Of a stretch of DNA of 64,000 nt, positions 11,656 through 24,019 are shown piece by piece. The position numbers and the translations under genes were made by a program. The notes beneath the pieces are model-generated. The model saw nothing but the letters and a program-made list of their open reading frames with translations. It had not been told where the DNA came from and searched no databases. The DNA comes from Halocafeteria seosinensis (taxonomy: Eukaryota): contig LVLI01000084.1 in assembly GCA_001687465.1 (NCBI GenBank), positions 248,001-312,000 of the forward strand, given 5' to 3'. Position 1 is the first letter of the stretch. Every line of letters begins with the position of its first letter.

Positions 11656-14600
11656 TCAGGTGGTCGGCAGCATTAGTTCCTCAAAGTTGAGGTCATTGAG
11701 GAAGTCTGACTTCGAGGAAGACCATGAACCTGAGGTTTTCTCTTCTGCAGATGCCGGGGCATGCTCTCGCTCCTCGGTGACTACATTTGCGTTTGGAGTA
11801 TCGTTTCGGGCGCTGCTACTACCCCCGCCACCGGCGGTTCCAGAGGACGATGTGATTGTGGCAGCTTCGGACCGAAAGGAGATATCAGTATCACCTGAAG
11901 CTTTCTTGTCGTGATAGCTTTTCCTTGGTTGCTGCAACTGTTCCCGCACCTGTTCCTCACTAGTTGCTCGTTGTGTGCTGCTTCGCATTGGTTGCTCACC
12001 GGGACGAGAGGAGGTGGTAGTCCTCTTCAAGTAGGAGGGTTCCTGCAGCGACGAAACATGAGAATCAACTAGTGCATACTGACCTAAGAAGCAATGAATT
12101 GAAACAGACGTACTTTGTTTAGAGCGGGCCGGAAGGGATGCTCCGATTTCCACTGCTCTTCCAAAGACTCTCTAATTCGCTGAATGTTTTCTTCATGCTG
12201 AATGTGGTGCATATATAGCCGGTTATAGACATTCGATTCGGCGGCATGTTCACGTGTTGACATCGCCAATCTCCGAGACTGAGGATCTGTGTGAGGTTCA
12301 AAGGTCGCTTCATCCTGAGTACCGTGGTTGTGCTTCTTCCATGTCCTGATTGACCCACGGAATATGGAGTAAGCGGGTGGCCTTAGGTGGCTGTCGGATA
12401 GAACACTTGAACTGTCCATTCGTCTTAAAACCGCATGGAGAGCATCATGCAGGCAACTATAGGATAAAGTTTCCTCTTCGTCTTGAGCGTTATTATCCGG
12501 ACCTTGAGAGGATTGTGCGTCGGGCCCCTCCTTCCCTAAGGCAGAGTCTATTGTTTGCCTCAAGAAACTTGGTAAAGGCTCTGCCAGGATAGAAATCCAA
12601 GCTTTGCTAACAGGAACGGGCTGAGGAACGTACTTCTTGATTTCGGCGGCGGTTGGGGGAGCCGTCATTCCACTCAGTACACCGATGATTCGGGTGGCAC
12701 TTTCTACAGAGACAGCAGATGGATTGTGCTCCAGATTTTCAATAAGCGCTTTGTCATCTTCTGACAACTGAGTAGTGCGATGTAGCAAAACAAACAGGTG
12801 GCTGGTTGTTCGTTCGCGCATTTTTCTTAGCATTTCCGAAGACCGCGGCAATACCTTCGACCGAGACATTTCATAAGTGGCTTCTTCTTGCTCTCTCTGT
12901 TGAAGTTCGCTCAATTTCTGGTCATGAAGCTTTCCGCTGGTGTAGAGGTGCTCATGAATATCGTCGCTGTGTTTTTGCCGGCGAAACGCCTTCGGAACCG
13001 GTAGAGTAGAGGGATAAAAGAGACGCTCCCCGGTGAACGGATCCTCTTTGGTAGCAGTCTCCAAGAGCCTTGAATACTTCTGGTTCTTCCTTTGAGCTTC
13101 AGAATAAAGGCGTCTGTGCACTTCTGCTCGCATAGCCTCAGTTAGTCTTCTTCGGTGCAACGTAGAAGCATTCGTGTTTCCCAAGGTGTTACATAGCCGT
13201 CCGGGCTTTTCCTCGTACAGTCGCTGGAACAAACTGCTGCCCCTATACTCGGTTACCTGCTTGTCATCGGCATCGTCTCCATCGTCTGGCTCCTTTGCAG
13301 ACTGTTCCGATTTCCCTCGCCAGCGAAAAGCAAGGTTTTCTGTTTTCTTAGACACATGAGGGTGGAAGGTGCACGCTGCGAACTCAATTTCTGAAGCTGC
13401 GGCTTCTCTCTTTTCTTGAAATTCTTCTCGTTCTTTCTTAACAGTTGCATACCGCTGTATGCTATCGCTCACTTTCTTCAAGGGAAACTTGACATGCCCT
13501 TTCGACAAATGAAACTCAGGCGGACGTTCTGTTCCACAGACTCTAACCCAATCGGTACCGTCCGGATTGTTTCGGATTTCTCTTAAAACTGCTTTGACGT
13601 CAGCAGAACGGACATTTGAGCTCGATTCTGTCAGTTCTGTGTCCGTTATGTGAGTATCTTGGTGTAGGGTTCTATGATCCCGTTGGTTCCATAACACGCG
13701 TCCATACTTGCAAGGGTGTTTGCAGAACTGATCGTCTGGATGACACCACTGAGTGCACTCCGGGCAGATCCAATCCTCTTTACCTTCTTCAGCCGCCCTC
13801 AGTTTGGCTGCATGCTCATCTCGATGTCTCCGGAGATCCATTCCCTCCATATACAAGCGAGCTCCAGTCTGCACAGATCTGGGGGTAACTGGTCGAATCG
13901 CATTCGCCTCCTCAATACTGCGATCTTGTTTCCCAAGCGATTTCCTATGGGTCATCATTTCGGTCCCTCGTTCGTACAGCCTCTGCCCCAATGACACCGA
14001 CTTTTGGGAAATCCGGCGCGTCGATGCTTGTCTGGATCGTGGTGTGCTATCGTGGAAACGGTATCTCATAAGCTCAGTTGGCTTCCCTAGGCGCATCCTT
14101 GCTTGCTTCCATTGCTCGTCTCGATCCTCTTCGGCAGTTTGAGCAGCGAGCTCGCTTGGGCTCATTCTACTAGAACCCTCATTGCCTCTAGAGGATACCC
14201 GGTACTTTACAGTGCTCCTAGTCGACTTACCACTATTTCCAAACGGCATACCTTCGCTCTGCAATGGCGAAAATGATTGTGCATACTTACAGCACCAAAC
14301 AAATACTCTCACGTACCACTTGTGCTTCCCAAGTAACCTGCGATGGTTCATCTGGGGTTCTACTGCGAGTACTTCTCGAAGACTCGCGAGAGTTACCCCG
14401 TCGCCCGGGACGGGAGGAACGACTGACGCATCGGACAGCCCTTCGATGGTGCCTTGAGGTGCTTCGGCGCATTTGCGCATTATAATACGACTCCCTGCTT
14501 TCCTCATCCATTGCCGACGATTTCGACCGGGCGGACTCGGCACGGGGAGCCTCGTCGTAATTTGTCGCCGGGATCTCTGGATTCAGGCTATTCTCAGTAT

Positions 14601-16332
14601 TCACGGCTACAGACGCAGTGGCATGCCCCTCCTGCCCCTGCTGTACTTCGCTTTCTTGAGGAGCTGTAACAGCTGAAGTAGTCGTATCGGCACTGTCGCT
14701 GACTAATGCCGCTCCTTGAGCAGAGAAAGAGCTTGGGTGCTCATTCGTCTCGTCGTTCCGGTCCGCAGTCGTGCTGGAAGCGTGGCTTGCATACGTATCC
14801 TGAGAGGGGACCGATCTTTGGAAAGCCCACATAGAGTCAATGTTTTCTTGTGACTCCTGGCTTCGCACAACAGTGCTTTGTGAACCAGACACTGCCAACC
14901 TTGCTTCGTCCGTGCCCCCTGTATCTTCAGAACGCGACTGAAATCGTTGGTTTGGCTCCTGCAGAAGCAGTTCACGTTGCTGTGACACGTGGGAACCGTG
15001 TTCGCCTCTTACTGCGTCCGCCGTTGGTACATTGGACACGGGCAGGGGTTCCTGAGCGTCCGGTGAATCACCAAGATCGTCGAACTGAAACACCATTGGA
15101 GACGTGCTTTCTCCTTGCTTCTTACGGGAAAAAGTTTGCTCCGTTCTGCAGCGCGGTCGCATACCACTAAATGGCGTACCAGACGGTTTGGATAAAGCTT
15201 TGCTAGGAGAATGCGGAGAGCGTGGGGATGAAATGGGAGATAAGATTGCGTTGCTCCTCTCAGCTACCCAGAGATGGTCGGTGGCAGAACTTTGACTTCT
15301 TCGTTTCACGTATGATATGCTCTCGGAAGAAGATCGCGTGTGACTCTTGCCCCGGCTACCTCTATGATGACCCTGAATGCGTTTCGCCTCTACGAAGCTA
15401 GTTGGCGCTGAATAGTCTCGCGGAATGGGAGAAGAAGCATCCTTTGTCACCTGCCCAGTGGTACTCGTATTCAGTCTGGCAGCGTTGTCAACCTTCCCGG
15501 ACATCATCTCATAAACAGACATATCGCGAAGGATCCCTGCTTGATGTTCGGCTGTGTCGGTTGTGCCCACTGCATACGGGTCAGTTCTACCAATCTCATT
15601 CCTTGCATTCACCTCCCCGTATCCACCTACCGCTTGATCATCTCGGAGAACCTTTACTTTAGAAGAGTACGGCCCGCTTGGTTGTATATCTCCTAAAGAG
15701 GAGCGCCGACCCTTGGTTCTAACGCCGTCTTGGTGCACGTAGTACTCTTGCTTGTTCTTGCGTGGCACAGAACTAATGGCATCACCTGTTAAGAGATCCC
15801 GGTTTGGTTGAGTCTGTTCCAGGTTGCTTCTATTCGCGGCAGAGTCATCACCATACTCGTTTCCACTACCAGTATATCTAGAGGAGGGGCGAGACTTTAA
15901 ATCCTCAGAGAGTGATGACATATCGTAATCGTCGTCTATCCCACTACCATTTTCACGTCGGGGAGTGTTTCCCCTCTTTGTACCCTTCGCTGGTATTTTT
16001 TCAGGTCCGTTGCCTTGAGCGTGTGTTGCAGGCTCTGAATGATCACCGGTTTGCCGGCTGGTATCATGAGTACTAAACGTCGCCATAGCGCTGTGAACGG
16101 CATTGGCAGAATTCTCCCTTTTCTCAAGCGTATTTTTCTTTATGGCGTCCTGGATTCTCTGCGCAACTTGGGGAATATCATCTTCATCAAGTCCTGGCTG
16201 ATCGGCGACCAATCTTCGAGCCACTGCGTCCGGATCTTCGTCCTTCGATATGTCCACCTCGAGTCTCCGGTCATCTTTCGTTAGAAGGTTAATCACGTGG
16301 CGCGACGGATGCCTTTCTTCCTGGTCGTTCAT
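11656..16332 (-). CDS. Large low-complexity hypothetical protein with RLY / (C)TFxP-like repeats
   Basis: Three long ORFs joined by GT-AG introns (~14316-14259 and ~12113-12044). Recurring RLY and FxP motifs (ACTFHPH, LFYPS, ATFEPH, HPFRPAL) and a split Cys motif WICPECT...C...VCGTERP. Confidence 0.75.
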
Positions 16333-16409
16333 CTTGCTCGATATTGATCTAAAAGGACTCTGTTTCTGAGTTCGTTCCTCATCCGCAGCACCGCAAATGC
16401 CTCTAACGA

Positions 16410-16560
16410 GTCCCTATAGCTCCAACCAGGTTCATCAGATGGTCCCAATACTATTTACAGCACACAAGAAAGCCACAATGTAGTCGATCGAAAAATTGAG
16501 CTGGGCGCATATATACACCTAAAACAACGTAAGTCCACACGCTTGAGCGACGCTGCTTCT
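16410..16560 (+). mobile_element. Possible decayed RLE retrotransposon fragment
   Basis: VHQMVP then, after a frameshift, ESHNVVDRKI (16471-16485 SHNVV), resembling H...C......RHNVV. Confidence 0.3.
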
Positions 16561-16701
16561 CTCTTTCAATCACTCGCAACAAAAACAGCACAGCCAAAGT
16601 TGCCCTTTGGATTCACGCGAGTTGCCGCATGGTCTCCAGAAATGGCGACAAACAACACAAGGACTCGTTTTAAGGCCTTCAAAATCACCTACTTTGGCGC
16701 T

Positions 16702-16829
16702 TTCCCCCCGGCGCCGGCCCGGTTTTGGCGCGTTAAACTGGTCGCACTCAAGGGTGGGTCGCAGTCTGCGACCATGACTTCCCCGCGCCGCGCCGCGCGC
16801 GAAGTGTGAAGTGTGGCCAGTGGAGGGGG
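16702..16829 (+). ncRNA. Candidate GC-rich structured RNA (multi-branch)
   Basis: 12-bp stem actggtcgcact (16737-16748)/agtgtggccagt (16810-16821) with two G-U pairs. It encloses hairpins ggtcgca-gtc-tgcgacc and acttc...gaagt; a flanking hairpin gcgccg/tggcgc lies at 16711-16731. Confidence 0.3.
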
Positions 16830-16992
16830 TCGTCGTCAGCCTCTATTGAAAAATCTGTTGGTGCAACGGGAAATGGCATGTTAAGTGGACGGTACACGAT
16901 GGATACAGTACACAGCGCAGACACGGGTGTGTTCCACCACAGCATGTGCATTAGATGAGGTGGATGCAGCGACATCCTAAAACTGCAAGTAC

Positions 16993-19900
16993 TCACTTAT
17001 GTTGCATACCAGAAAGCTCACGGGACAATTCGGATATGAGATCGCCGAGTATGCTATCAGCCACTTCCCCACAAACGTACATTTGTTCGCGTTTGGCTTC
17101 TGGTCCATTGTTGTCCCAAAGTGGATCCCAATGCCGAGAATCAAGCCGCGCTTGCATTAGTGCCCTTTGGGATGCATTGTGGCCATGAAGAGCATCCTCC
17201 GGGGCACCAGCTCCTTTGGAAAAATACTGCAGGTGATCTACAATAGCTTCTCTTTCTCGATCAAGAATTTCAGCTGGACCGAGCTTTTCGTTTTTCCAAT
17301 TCCTTAAAGCACCATGGGTGATGCGCTTCAGAAAGTACAGATTTGCTTCTTCAAACAGCATCCTATTCTTTATCTGCGTATCAACACAGTAGGAAGCCGT
17401 TTCGTCCTGTTTTGTCTGCTCTACCAAAATATACAACCTCCAGCTCAAGGGGCCGGGGAAATCCTCCGGAGGAACGCCGCCTCGCGCCATTCTGATGAAT
17501 TCGTTGACACTTGTGTCTTGAAGAGACTGAGGATAAGAGCAGGAAAACTGCAACTTCGACGAATCGTTTAAAACTTCCGTGTAGTCATTGTAGAAGTCAC
17601 CCAGTTCCGGATGTTTCTTGAGAGCGTCAGCTAACCTGTCAACAAAGTCAGCAGCTTCTTCTTTCCAATGTCTTTGCTTTTCGTCAAGCCGCTTTGCTCG
17701 TTCAGCAGCTGCACTTGCAGCCAAAGCAGGATCGTTAGCTTCCTCAATCTCTAATTGTGGCGCCCTTGGCTGAACGCTTTGGTTGTTCGTTTCTATCACT
17801 CCTTTGAGTGGAAGGTCCACGCGGAGTTCCTCTCCTGTGGCATTCAACTTAACATGAGGCTCCACATCGGAGAAGTCGTACAAATCTTCTTCGCTATCTT
17901 CAATGGAATCAGACAAAGATCCTCCACTCTCAGGGGACAAAGAATTGCCGCTAGCTACTCTGTCTGAAGTTGCCCGATAAGGTGATGTAGCACTCTCAGT
18001 TTTCTCACTATCTGATATGAGTTCTGGCAAAGGCTTGGAAGGGCCACTACGATTCTTAGAGAGGTGATTCCACAGAGTCTCGGAGACTACACTATCAATA
18101 AAATGCTCTTCTAGTGAACTAGTGTCATAGCCACTTTGGGGGAGTTCATCATCAGTTTCTGCATTATCTGAGGTAGATGGGAGGATAACACTCTCCTCTG
18201 CACACACAGCAGCCTCATTATCTGCATCGTCGGTGTCTGTGCAACATATCGCGTTCCTGTCGGCAGCGTCATCGGACGAAACCGGAAGAAGAACGCTCGA
18301 CTGAGCAGTTAAATCATCCTTTTCACCATCATCCTCTGCACCAGTGTGAGATACATCGTTGACTTCTGCCAGATTCTGGAGCTCGTTTGGACCGTCTTCG
18401 ACAGTGGGCCGTTCACCAGCACTGCTATCAGCAGCTTCTTGGTGCTCAAAAACGTTTGCGCCGACGTTCTTTGACCCCGACTCATTATCTACACCGGGAC
18501 TCTTGCCATCAAGATCAGCTTCCTCGAATGTGCTACTGTACTCTCCTTCAGCATTGCCCGTAGACTCGTTGCGGGCTTCCAAGTCACTATCTGTCTTGTT
18601 GGGCTCGAATCCCTTCTCTGAGCTCTCGGACTTCGTAAATTCTTCGCCCGATTCTTCGGAAGACTCAGAAATATCATCGCCAGCTATCTCCTCAGGTATA
18701 GAGTCATCTTCGTCTGCATTAGCAACTTCCTTTTGCGAACTGTTTTGCACGTCTTGGCTCCGATCGTGCACGGCTTGACTCTGATCGGCCCCTTGATCCT
18801 CCGTATCAAAAGAGCTGGTGTATTCAGTCTCACTGGATGTGTAGTGTTCGCCCCTCAACGCGGAGTACGCTTGATCTGCTACTGCCTTGCTAGATGCCTC
18901 CTGTTCATCCGTCACAGCATGCTCCTTTCCTTGCACTGCTGAATCCGATATTTTGAGTATAGTTTGAGAAAGCTGTTCCGAGGATGCCCCTGCGGCGGAA
19001 ACGGTCACTGCAGGCATAGACGGTTCGGCATTTCCTTGAGCTAGCCACGTCTCCAGGACTTCCTGGGGCCACATTGGTGGAACACCTTCTTGCTGAAATG
19101 ACAATTCCTGCCCGCTGAAGGTTTGGGGCTGCAGTTGTTGATAGAACCTGGTAAGGTCAGTGTACAATCGCGATTTCACCTGGGCGACCTTCCTCTGTAT
19201 ATCCGCCTTAGAGCTATGGTACCAAAGAATCCATCGCTTACGTTTTCTTTTTAAATAATCCAGCTGATCCTCGTCTTCTGCTTCTTTATTGCTTTGGATT
19301 TTGCCATCTAACTCCTTCAGTGACTTCTTGTAGGTTTCTTCCAGGGCGTCACTTTGTAGGCGAAGAATATACTCTTCATGAGCTTTGCGCTTCTTCAACT
19401 CGTTCCAGTATTGACTAAATACTGACTGTTTATGCTGTTTCTCGTATTCGCTCGCAGCTGTGTCTCCCAACGATGATACCATGGATTCAAAGCTCTCACT
19501 CAAAGGTTCGGATTGAGCTGAGGATTTCACAATCTGTTGTTGCCTACCGGAACCACCGTTACTTGAAACCTCTGAATCCCGAGCAAAATCGCTACTATAG
19601 TGACTGCTGGTATCCCCGTTTTCGGTTGTTGCTACAGCACCACCAACGTGGCCTGCCTTTCTGGCTGCGACATCATTGTCGTAGTTGTTATCACCGTCAC
19701 TTTCGACCATCTCAGCAGCGCTCCTAGTAGAGGACTTCAGTTGCTTTCGTTGGCGATAGTCTTCATCGTACATACTCGAATCGAAGCTGTAACTATAGCT
19801 TTGGTCCACGTAGGATTCAACAGCACTGAGCTGTGCATTCGATGTGGTCTCCAAATGCTCTTCTGGGATGCTATCGTCGATTGGTAACGCGACCTGGCCT

Positions 19901-22900
19901 GTTTCGTTAACCTTCTTCCCAAAATCAGTCTCGGAAACGTCATCAGCAACTTCCGAAGCGACAGGAGGGCTATAGCTCCTGGTAGACTGGTCAAACGACC
20001 CTTCCTCGGGAATGCTGGACTCATCTCGGGAACTTGCGTCCCTCGTGTTAGCACCTCTAAGCCCGTTAGGTTCTTCAGCAATATCGCGTCTTGGGGCCTT
20101 CGAAAAGTTGGCCGGCGCTCCGTCGCCTTCCTCGTGTCGGGAACGTTCCGAGACAGAGCTATAGTCATCTGTAAACTTTTCGAAGTCTGAACCATAAGAG
20201 GAACTGTATTGAGAGTGTTCGTGGGATATTTCCTTGGAAGTGACTACTTGGTCAACAGATCGAGCCACCGATTCGGAAACGGCATGGCTCACTCCGTCTG
20301 GACTGATGTTCGCTGCCTCTGACAGAAGTTGCCTCTGGATGCGAGTGAGTTTTAAAGGGTCCCTCCGATATTGCCGAAATGCTTCAGAGACGGCAAGCGT
20401 ATAGTATCCTTCGGCATTCCTCAGCTGGTTGTCTTCCAACGCGAACGCCTCACGTTGCACCGTCTTGAATTCACCACTGTTTGACTGAGCTTCCGGGAGA
20501 CGGGATTCGCCCACCTGAAGTTTAGCATTAGTCTCGTCTGTTTGCACGCTAGTTTCTCGCTGTTTCGCCTCCTGTACGGTACTTTCAGCATCAATTATGT
20601 TCTTCGTCAACTCGGCAACCTTGCTAGCGTAGTCTTCGGACAAATATTCCGTCATCTCTCGTGTACGCTTATCTACTTCGTCCTCGGCTTGTTGATTTAC
20701 GCTCGTAAGATGAGCATTCCACAACGCCTGCTGATAGTGATTTTTCCAGTAATCATCAACGGCAGCTGCCTCTTGTTTCAGCATTGAAACTTCTCTCGAG
20801 TGTGCGAGGCTCTGTAGCTGTTTATCATAATTTGACAAATTCTCCAAATCGCTGATCCCTTCCATTAGTCGTGCGTGTAAGGCATGAGCTGGAGGATACT
20901 TAGTCGATGTCTCGGGGTACCGATCGTTCACCTGAGCCTCGGCTTGGCGTCTAATTTCTCCAACACGGCTGTATGACTGTCCACTCTCGTCCGTCTGTTC
21001 GGTAGTACGTGCCAAAGTGTTCTGAGGAGCATCTGCAGCAGTGCTGGATGAAAGCGAGGGTTGGTGTGCGTGTTGGTCTTCCTCATCCTCTGAACCAAAC
21101 AGTTTTATTGCTTGCTGGATCAGTTTATTGTGCATGCTGGGAAAGTATTCAGCAGTTCTTCCTTCAAAAACAGCATTTCCGCGACGAGTTGTAGGTGGAG
21201 CCGTACGTTGTGACGTTTGTCGTTTTACTCTCTGTCGTTTCTTGCGATTCGAATGCTGAGAGGAGCCCTGTGAAGTCTCCTTCCTCCTTTCTTGAGCATA
21301 ATCATGTGACTTATATGTTCCCGCCGCAGAGGTGCTATGCTCCGGATATTGAGTCAGAAGATTGATTACGCTGTAGCGGCTCTCCTCTGCAGCCTTTGAA
21401 ACTTGTTCACTCAATTCGCTCCGTTGTTTTCTGGTCTTCCTGCTTGATCCTGCAATTCCTCTGTCCGGAGTCTTCGGTCGGGTGTGTTTTTTCTGGCGGT
21501 GGCGCTTTAACGCACTGTGGCTTTCTCCTGCTGGTCGCTTGCTCAGGAAACTTTCACGTTTCCCTCCTTCACGCCCCCTGCCAGGCCAATTGGGCGTTTC
21601 TTCCTGATCTCTCGCGGGACCGTTCGTCGCTTTTCGCAAGGGCTTCGTGCGATCGACTGCACGTACCTGCTCACTCGTATACGCAGAGTCCACCAACTTG
21701 CGGGATTCATCTTCAGCCTCTTTTGTCCAAGTAGAATCAGCCGTGCCATTGGATGTCTCTACCGCTAGTTTACTTGACGTTGCAGCGAGCCGATCGAAGA
21801 ACTCACTCATCTTAGCTCTAGGAGAGGTTTGTTCGTCCTTGGTTCCTCCCAATACTTCATCCTTATGCGTAGAGTCGTTCTCAAGGTTTTCAGTAGACAC
21901 ATCCGCTTCATTAGGAGACCTCGTATCCACTTTCTCCGTGATACTAATGGATGCAGTCTCTGTGGGCTGCGTCGTTGCTGGGACAACAGACAGTGCTTCT
22001 GAATCCTGATATTCTTCGAAGTGCACATCGAATGCATTTGACTGGTCAGACTCAGAAGAATCTTCTTTTATGCGAACATCTTCATGCTCTATGCCGGTAC
22101 GTGTGCTGGTCCCTTCAAAATCGTGCCTCGTCGTATCACAATCTGTTGAAGATGTGAACTGCGGTGGTGATAGCGCAGTCCTAGCTGGCACGTCTTCTTC
22201 GGCGCCTAATTCTTTGGCGCTCAAGGAAAACGACTTGCTTTCATTTCTTCCGTAAGGATCCTTCTCTTGATGAGATTCACGTGTCCCAAGTTCTTCGTCC
22301 TCCGATTCATTCTCATGTTTCGACGAAAGCCTGCTAGCTTGTGGCGAATCTCCGCGGTAAGCACGTGTATCGGATACGTTCGACACCTGTGATAAAGGGA
22401 ATCGAGCTGATCCATCCGCGGAAACGATAAATTGGTGTGTTTTCTGGGAACCATTACGTCTGAAAGACGCATGGGTACGTTGCACATCGCTTCGATCGGA
22501 TTTTCGTTTGCGTTGCAGCACCCGACGTCGCCTTTCCTGTTCAAGGTTCTGCAAGGCTTGCTTGCGCCGTTGCAAACGCTGCGTTTCTTCATACTTCTTT
22601 CTCTCTGCCTCTCTTTTTCTTCGCTCCTTCTGTTCCTTCAAATGTTGCCTGCCGCGTTCCAACCGTTGTTCCTTATCTTCACCATTTTCGTTAGAGCCAA
22701 CCTTCCCGCGCGTAAATGCTTCATCGAGGCGTCGATTAGCTGGCTTGCTCTGTGAGCCAGTTCCTATAGGAGCAAGTATACCGTCTTCCACTATCTTCCT
22801 CGGAGAAATGACATCGGCCTTCCCAATTGTCTCCTCGTTGTCGCCTTCCGGCGAAATGAAGGAATTCGACTTACTCATTTTTTCTTTTCGCCTTCGTAAT

Positions 22901-23652
22901 TTGGGTATACCTGTTTTGATCGTATTTTCAGGGCTCGCGGAGGATTGGGGCTCCTGCTGTGCATCTTGCTTGCTCGCTCGTGAGCTTCGCAGCACCGGCA
23001 CCCAAGACTTTACCGAAATCTCCCCACTGCAAATCCTTTCCACAGTACGTTCGGCTGCTTTATTCATCTGCTGTTCCCGGTCCAGCCGTTCGTTGTAATA
23101 TAGAGAATTCGACTGTCGAACTTTAGATGATAGGTCCATCATGGCATTTCGCCGAACCTCGAACTCAGGATCCGAGTACCGAAGATGCTGACTGTTTCGA
23201 TTACTCTTAGATGACGACGAGAGCCTCCTTCGAAATCCCATTGGACGTTGATCTGTTGCAGAATGGGTTTCACTGAACGCCATACTACCTGCGAAACTAC
23301 TGTCGTTTGCCTTAGTGGTTTGAGCGACAGGGGACGGGGAGGAGGCTCTCCTCTGAGTCCTTGCCATCCCTTGAGGGTCTCCACGCAGTGTCTGCGCCTG
23401 CTGATCGGAAGTAGAGTTCACCGTGTTTAAGAGCATAATATGTGAGGGTGGACCTTCCTCATTGCTCCCATCGGGGGCATTGGGTCCAATACCTCCATCC
23501 CGGTCAAAGAATTGCTGGCTTCTTCGTGTTCGGGGAGGCAGCTGTTGCTGCTTCTCTCCATTCTCATGGCGCGGCGGCTTGTTCACAGTATTCTCCTTGA
23601 CATCATTAGTCCTCTGGGGAGCTGTATTGGAGAGGAATACTGTGTTATCCAT
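16993..23652 (-). CDS. CEP350/CAP350-like centrosomal protein (2219 aa, intronless)
   Basis: PPAHALHARLMEGISDLENLSNYDKQLQSLAHSREVSMLKQE resembles the conserved CEP350 segment (AGLHHRMAAELSYL...RQL...QQE). C-terminal W...EVADSILGDLISE is a DUF4378/TRM-like motif. No CAP-Gly domain seen. Confidence 0.65.
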   Translation of the reverse strand: MDNTVFLSNTAPQRTNDVKENTVNKPPRHENGEKQQQLPPRTRRSQQFFDRDGGIGPNAPDGSNEEGPPSHIMLLNTVNSTSDQQAQTLRGDPQGMARTQRRASSPSPVAQTTKANDSSFAGSMAFSETHSATDQRPMGFRRRLSSSSKSNRNSQHLRYSDPEFEVRRNAMMDLSSKVRQSNSLYYNERLDREQQMNKAAERTVERICSGEISVKSWVPVLRSSRASKQDAQQEPQSSASPENTIKTGIPKLRRRKEKMSKSNSFISPEGDNEETIGKADVISPRKIVEDGILAPIGTGSQSKPANRRLDEAFTRGKVGSNENGEDKEQRLERGRQHLKEQKERRKREAERKKYEETQRLQRRKQALQNLEQERRRRVLQRKRKSDRSDVQRTHASFRRNGSQKTHQFIVSADGSARFPLSQVSNVSDTRAYRGDSPQASRLSSKHENESEDEELGTRESHQEKDPYGRNESKSFSLSAKELGAEEDVPARTALSPPQFTSSTDCDTTRHDFEGTSTRTGIEHEDVRIKEDSSESDQSNAFDVHFEEYQDSEALSVVPATTQPTETASISITEKVDTRSPNEADVSTENLENDSTHKDEVLGGTKDEQTSPRAKMSEFFDRLAATSSKLAVETSNGTADSTWTKEAEDESRKLVDSAYTSEQVRAVDRTKPLRKATNGPARDQEETPNWPGRGREGGKRESFLSKRPAGESHSALKRHRQKKHTRPKTPDRGIAGSSRKTRKQRSELSEQVSKAAEESRYSVINLLTQYPEHSTSAAGTYKSHDYAQERRKETSQGSSQHSNRKKRQRVKRQTSQRTAPPTTRRGNAVFEGRTAEYFPSMHNKLIQQAIKLFGSEDEEDQHAHQPSLSSSTAADAPQNTLARTTEQTDESGQSYSRVGEIRRQAEAQVNDRYPETSTKYPPAHALHARLMEGISDLENLSNYDKQLQSLAHSREVSMLKQEAAAVDDYWKNHYQQALWNAHLTSVNQQAEDEVDKRTREMTEYLSEDYASKVAELTKNIIDAESTVQEAKQRETSVQTDETNAKLQVGESRLPEAQSNSGEFKTVQREAFALEDNQLRNAEGYYTLAVSEAFRQYRRDPLKLTRIQRQLLSEAANISPDGVSHAVSESVARSVDQVVTSKEISHEHSQYSSSYGSDFEKFTDDYSSVSERSRHEEGDGAPANFSKAPRRDIAEEPNGLRGANTRDASSRDESSIPEEGSFDQSTRSYSPPVASEVADDVSETDFGKKVNETGQVALPIDDSIPEEHLETTSNAQLSAVESYVDQSYSYSFDSSMYDEDYRQRKQLKSSTRSAAEMVESDGDNNYDNDVAARKAGHVGGAVATTENGDTSSHYSSDFARDSEVSSNGGSGRQQQIVKSSAQSEPLSESFESMVSSLGDTAASEYEKQHKQSVFSQYWNELKKRKAHEEYILRLQSDALEETYKKSLKELDGKIQSNKEAEDEDQLDYLKRKRKRWILWYHSSKADIQRKVAQVKSRLYTDLTRFYQQLQPQTFSGQELSFQQEGVPPMWPQEVLETWLAQGNAEPSMPAVTVSAAGASSEQLSQTILKISDSAVQGKEHAVTDEQEASSKAVADQAYSALRGEHYTSSETEYTSSFDTEDQGADQSQAVHDRSQDVQNSSQKEVANADEDDSIPEEIAGDDISESSEESGEEFTKSESSEKGFEPNKTDSDLEARNESTGNAEGEYSSTFEEADLDGKSPGVDNESGSKNVGANVFEHQEAADSSAGERPTVEDGPNELQNLAEVNDVSHTGAEDDGEKDDLTAQSSVLLPVSSDDAADRNAICCTDTDDADNEAAVCAEESVILPSTSDNAETDDELPQSGYDTSSLEEHFIDSVVSETLWNHLSKNRSGPSKPLPELISDSEKTESATSPYRATSDRVASGNSLSPESGGSLSDSIEDSEEDLYDFSDVEPHVKLNATGEELRVDLPLKGVIETNNQSVQPRAPQLEIEEANDPALAASAAAERAKRLDEKQRHWKEEAADFVDRLADALKKHPELGDFYNDYTEVLNDSSKLQFSCSYPQSLQDTSVNEFIRMARGGVPPEDFPGPLSWRLYILVEQTKQDETASYCVDTQIKNRMLFEEANLYFLKRITHGALRNWKNEKLGPAEILDREREAIVDHLQYFSKGAGAPEDALHGHNASQRALMQARLDSRHWDPLWDNNGPEAKREQMYVCGEVADSILGDLISELSRELSGMQHK

Positions 23653-24019
23653 CTCGGTCTTGTCACTTGTTTAGCCCCGTTTTCACCTCTTTACCCTAGT
23701 TATGATTGCCATTCACGGCACGATAGCCTCATCTGATAAAATCAATAATGATTGAATGTATTTGCACTAGTGCCCATCACAGCAATGAAACGCTAGACTC
23801 GCGTATAGCCGAAGGATGACGCCCGTTAAAACTTTGAACCATAAAACGCGACGAAATGATTGTCGTCTGCTCTGGAATTCAAATGACGAGTGACGTCATG
23901 GATCATTGCACGAGGAAGCTTTAGGTATGGCGTAAACGAAGATGTCAGTAATTTAGGCAGAAATGTTTTTGATGGGTGTGTACATTGCCGCATCGTTAAA
24001 CCGCGTTAAAGGGTGAGAG

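Noticed and set aside
16774..16800. HDV-like ribozyme loop (ttccccgc)
   Set aside because: The flanking P3 is not complementary and I could not build the nested pseudoknot.
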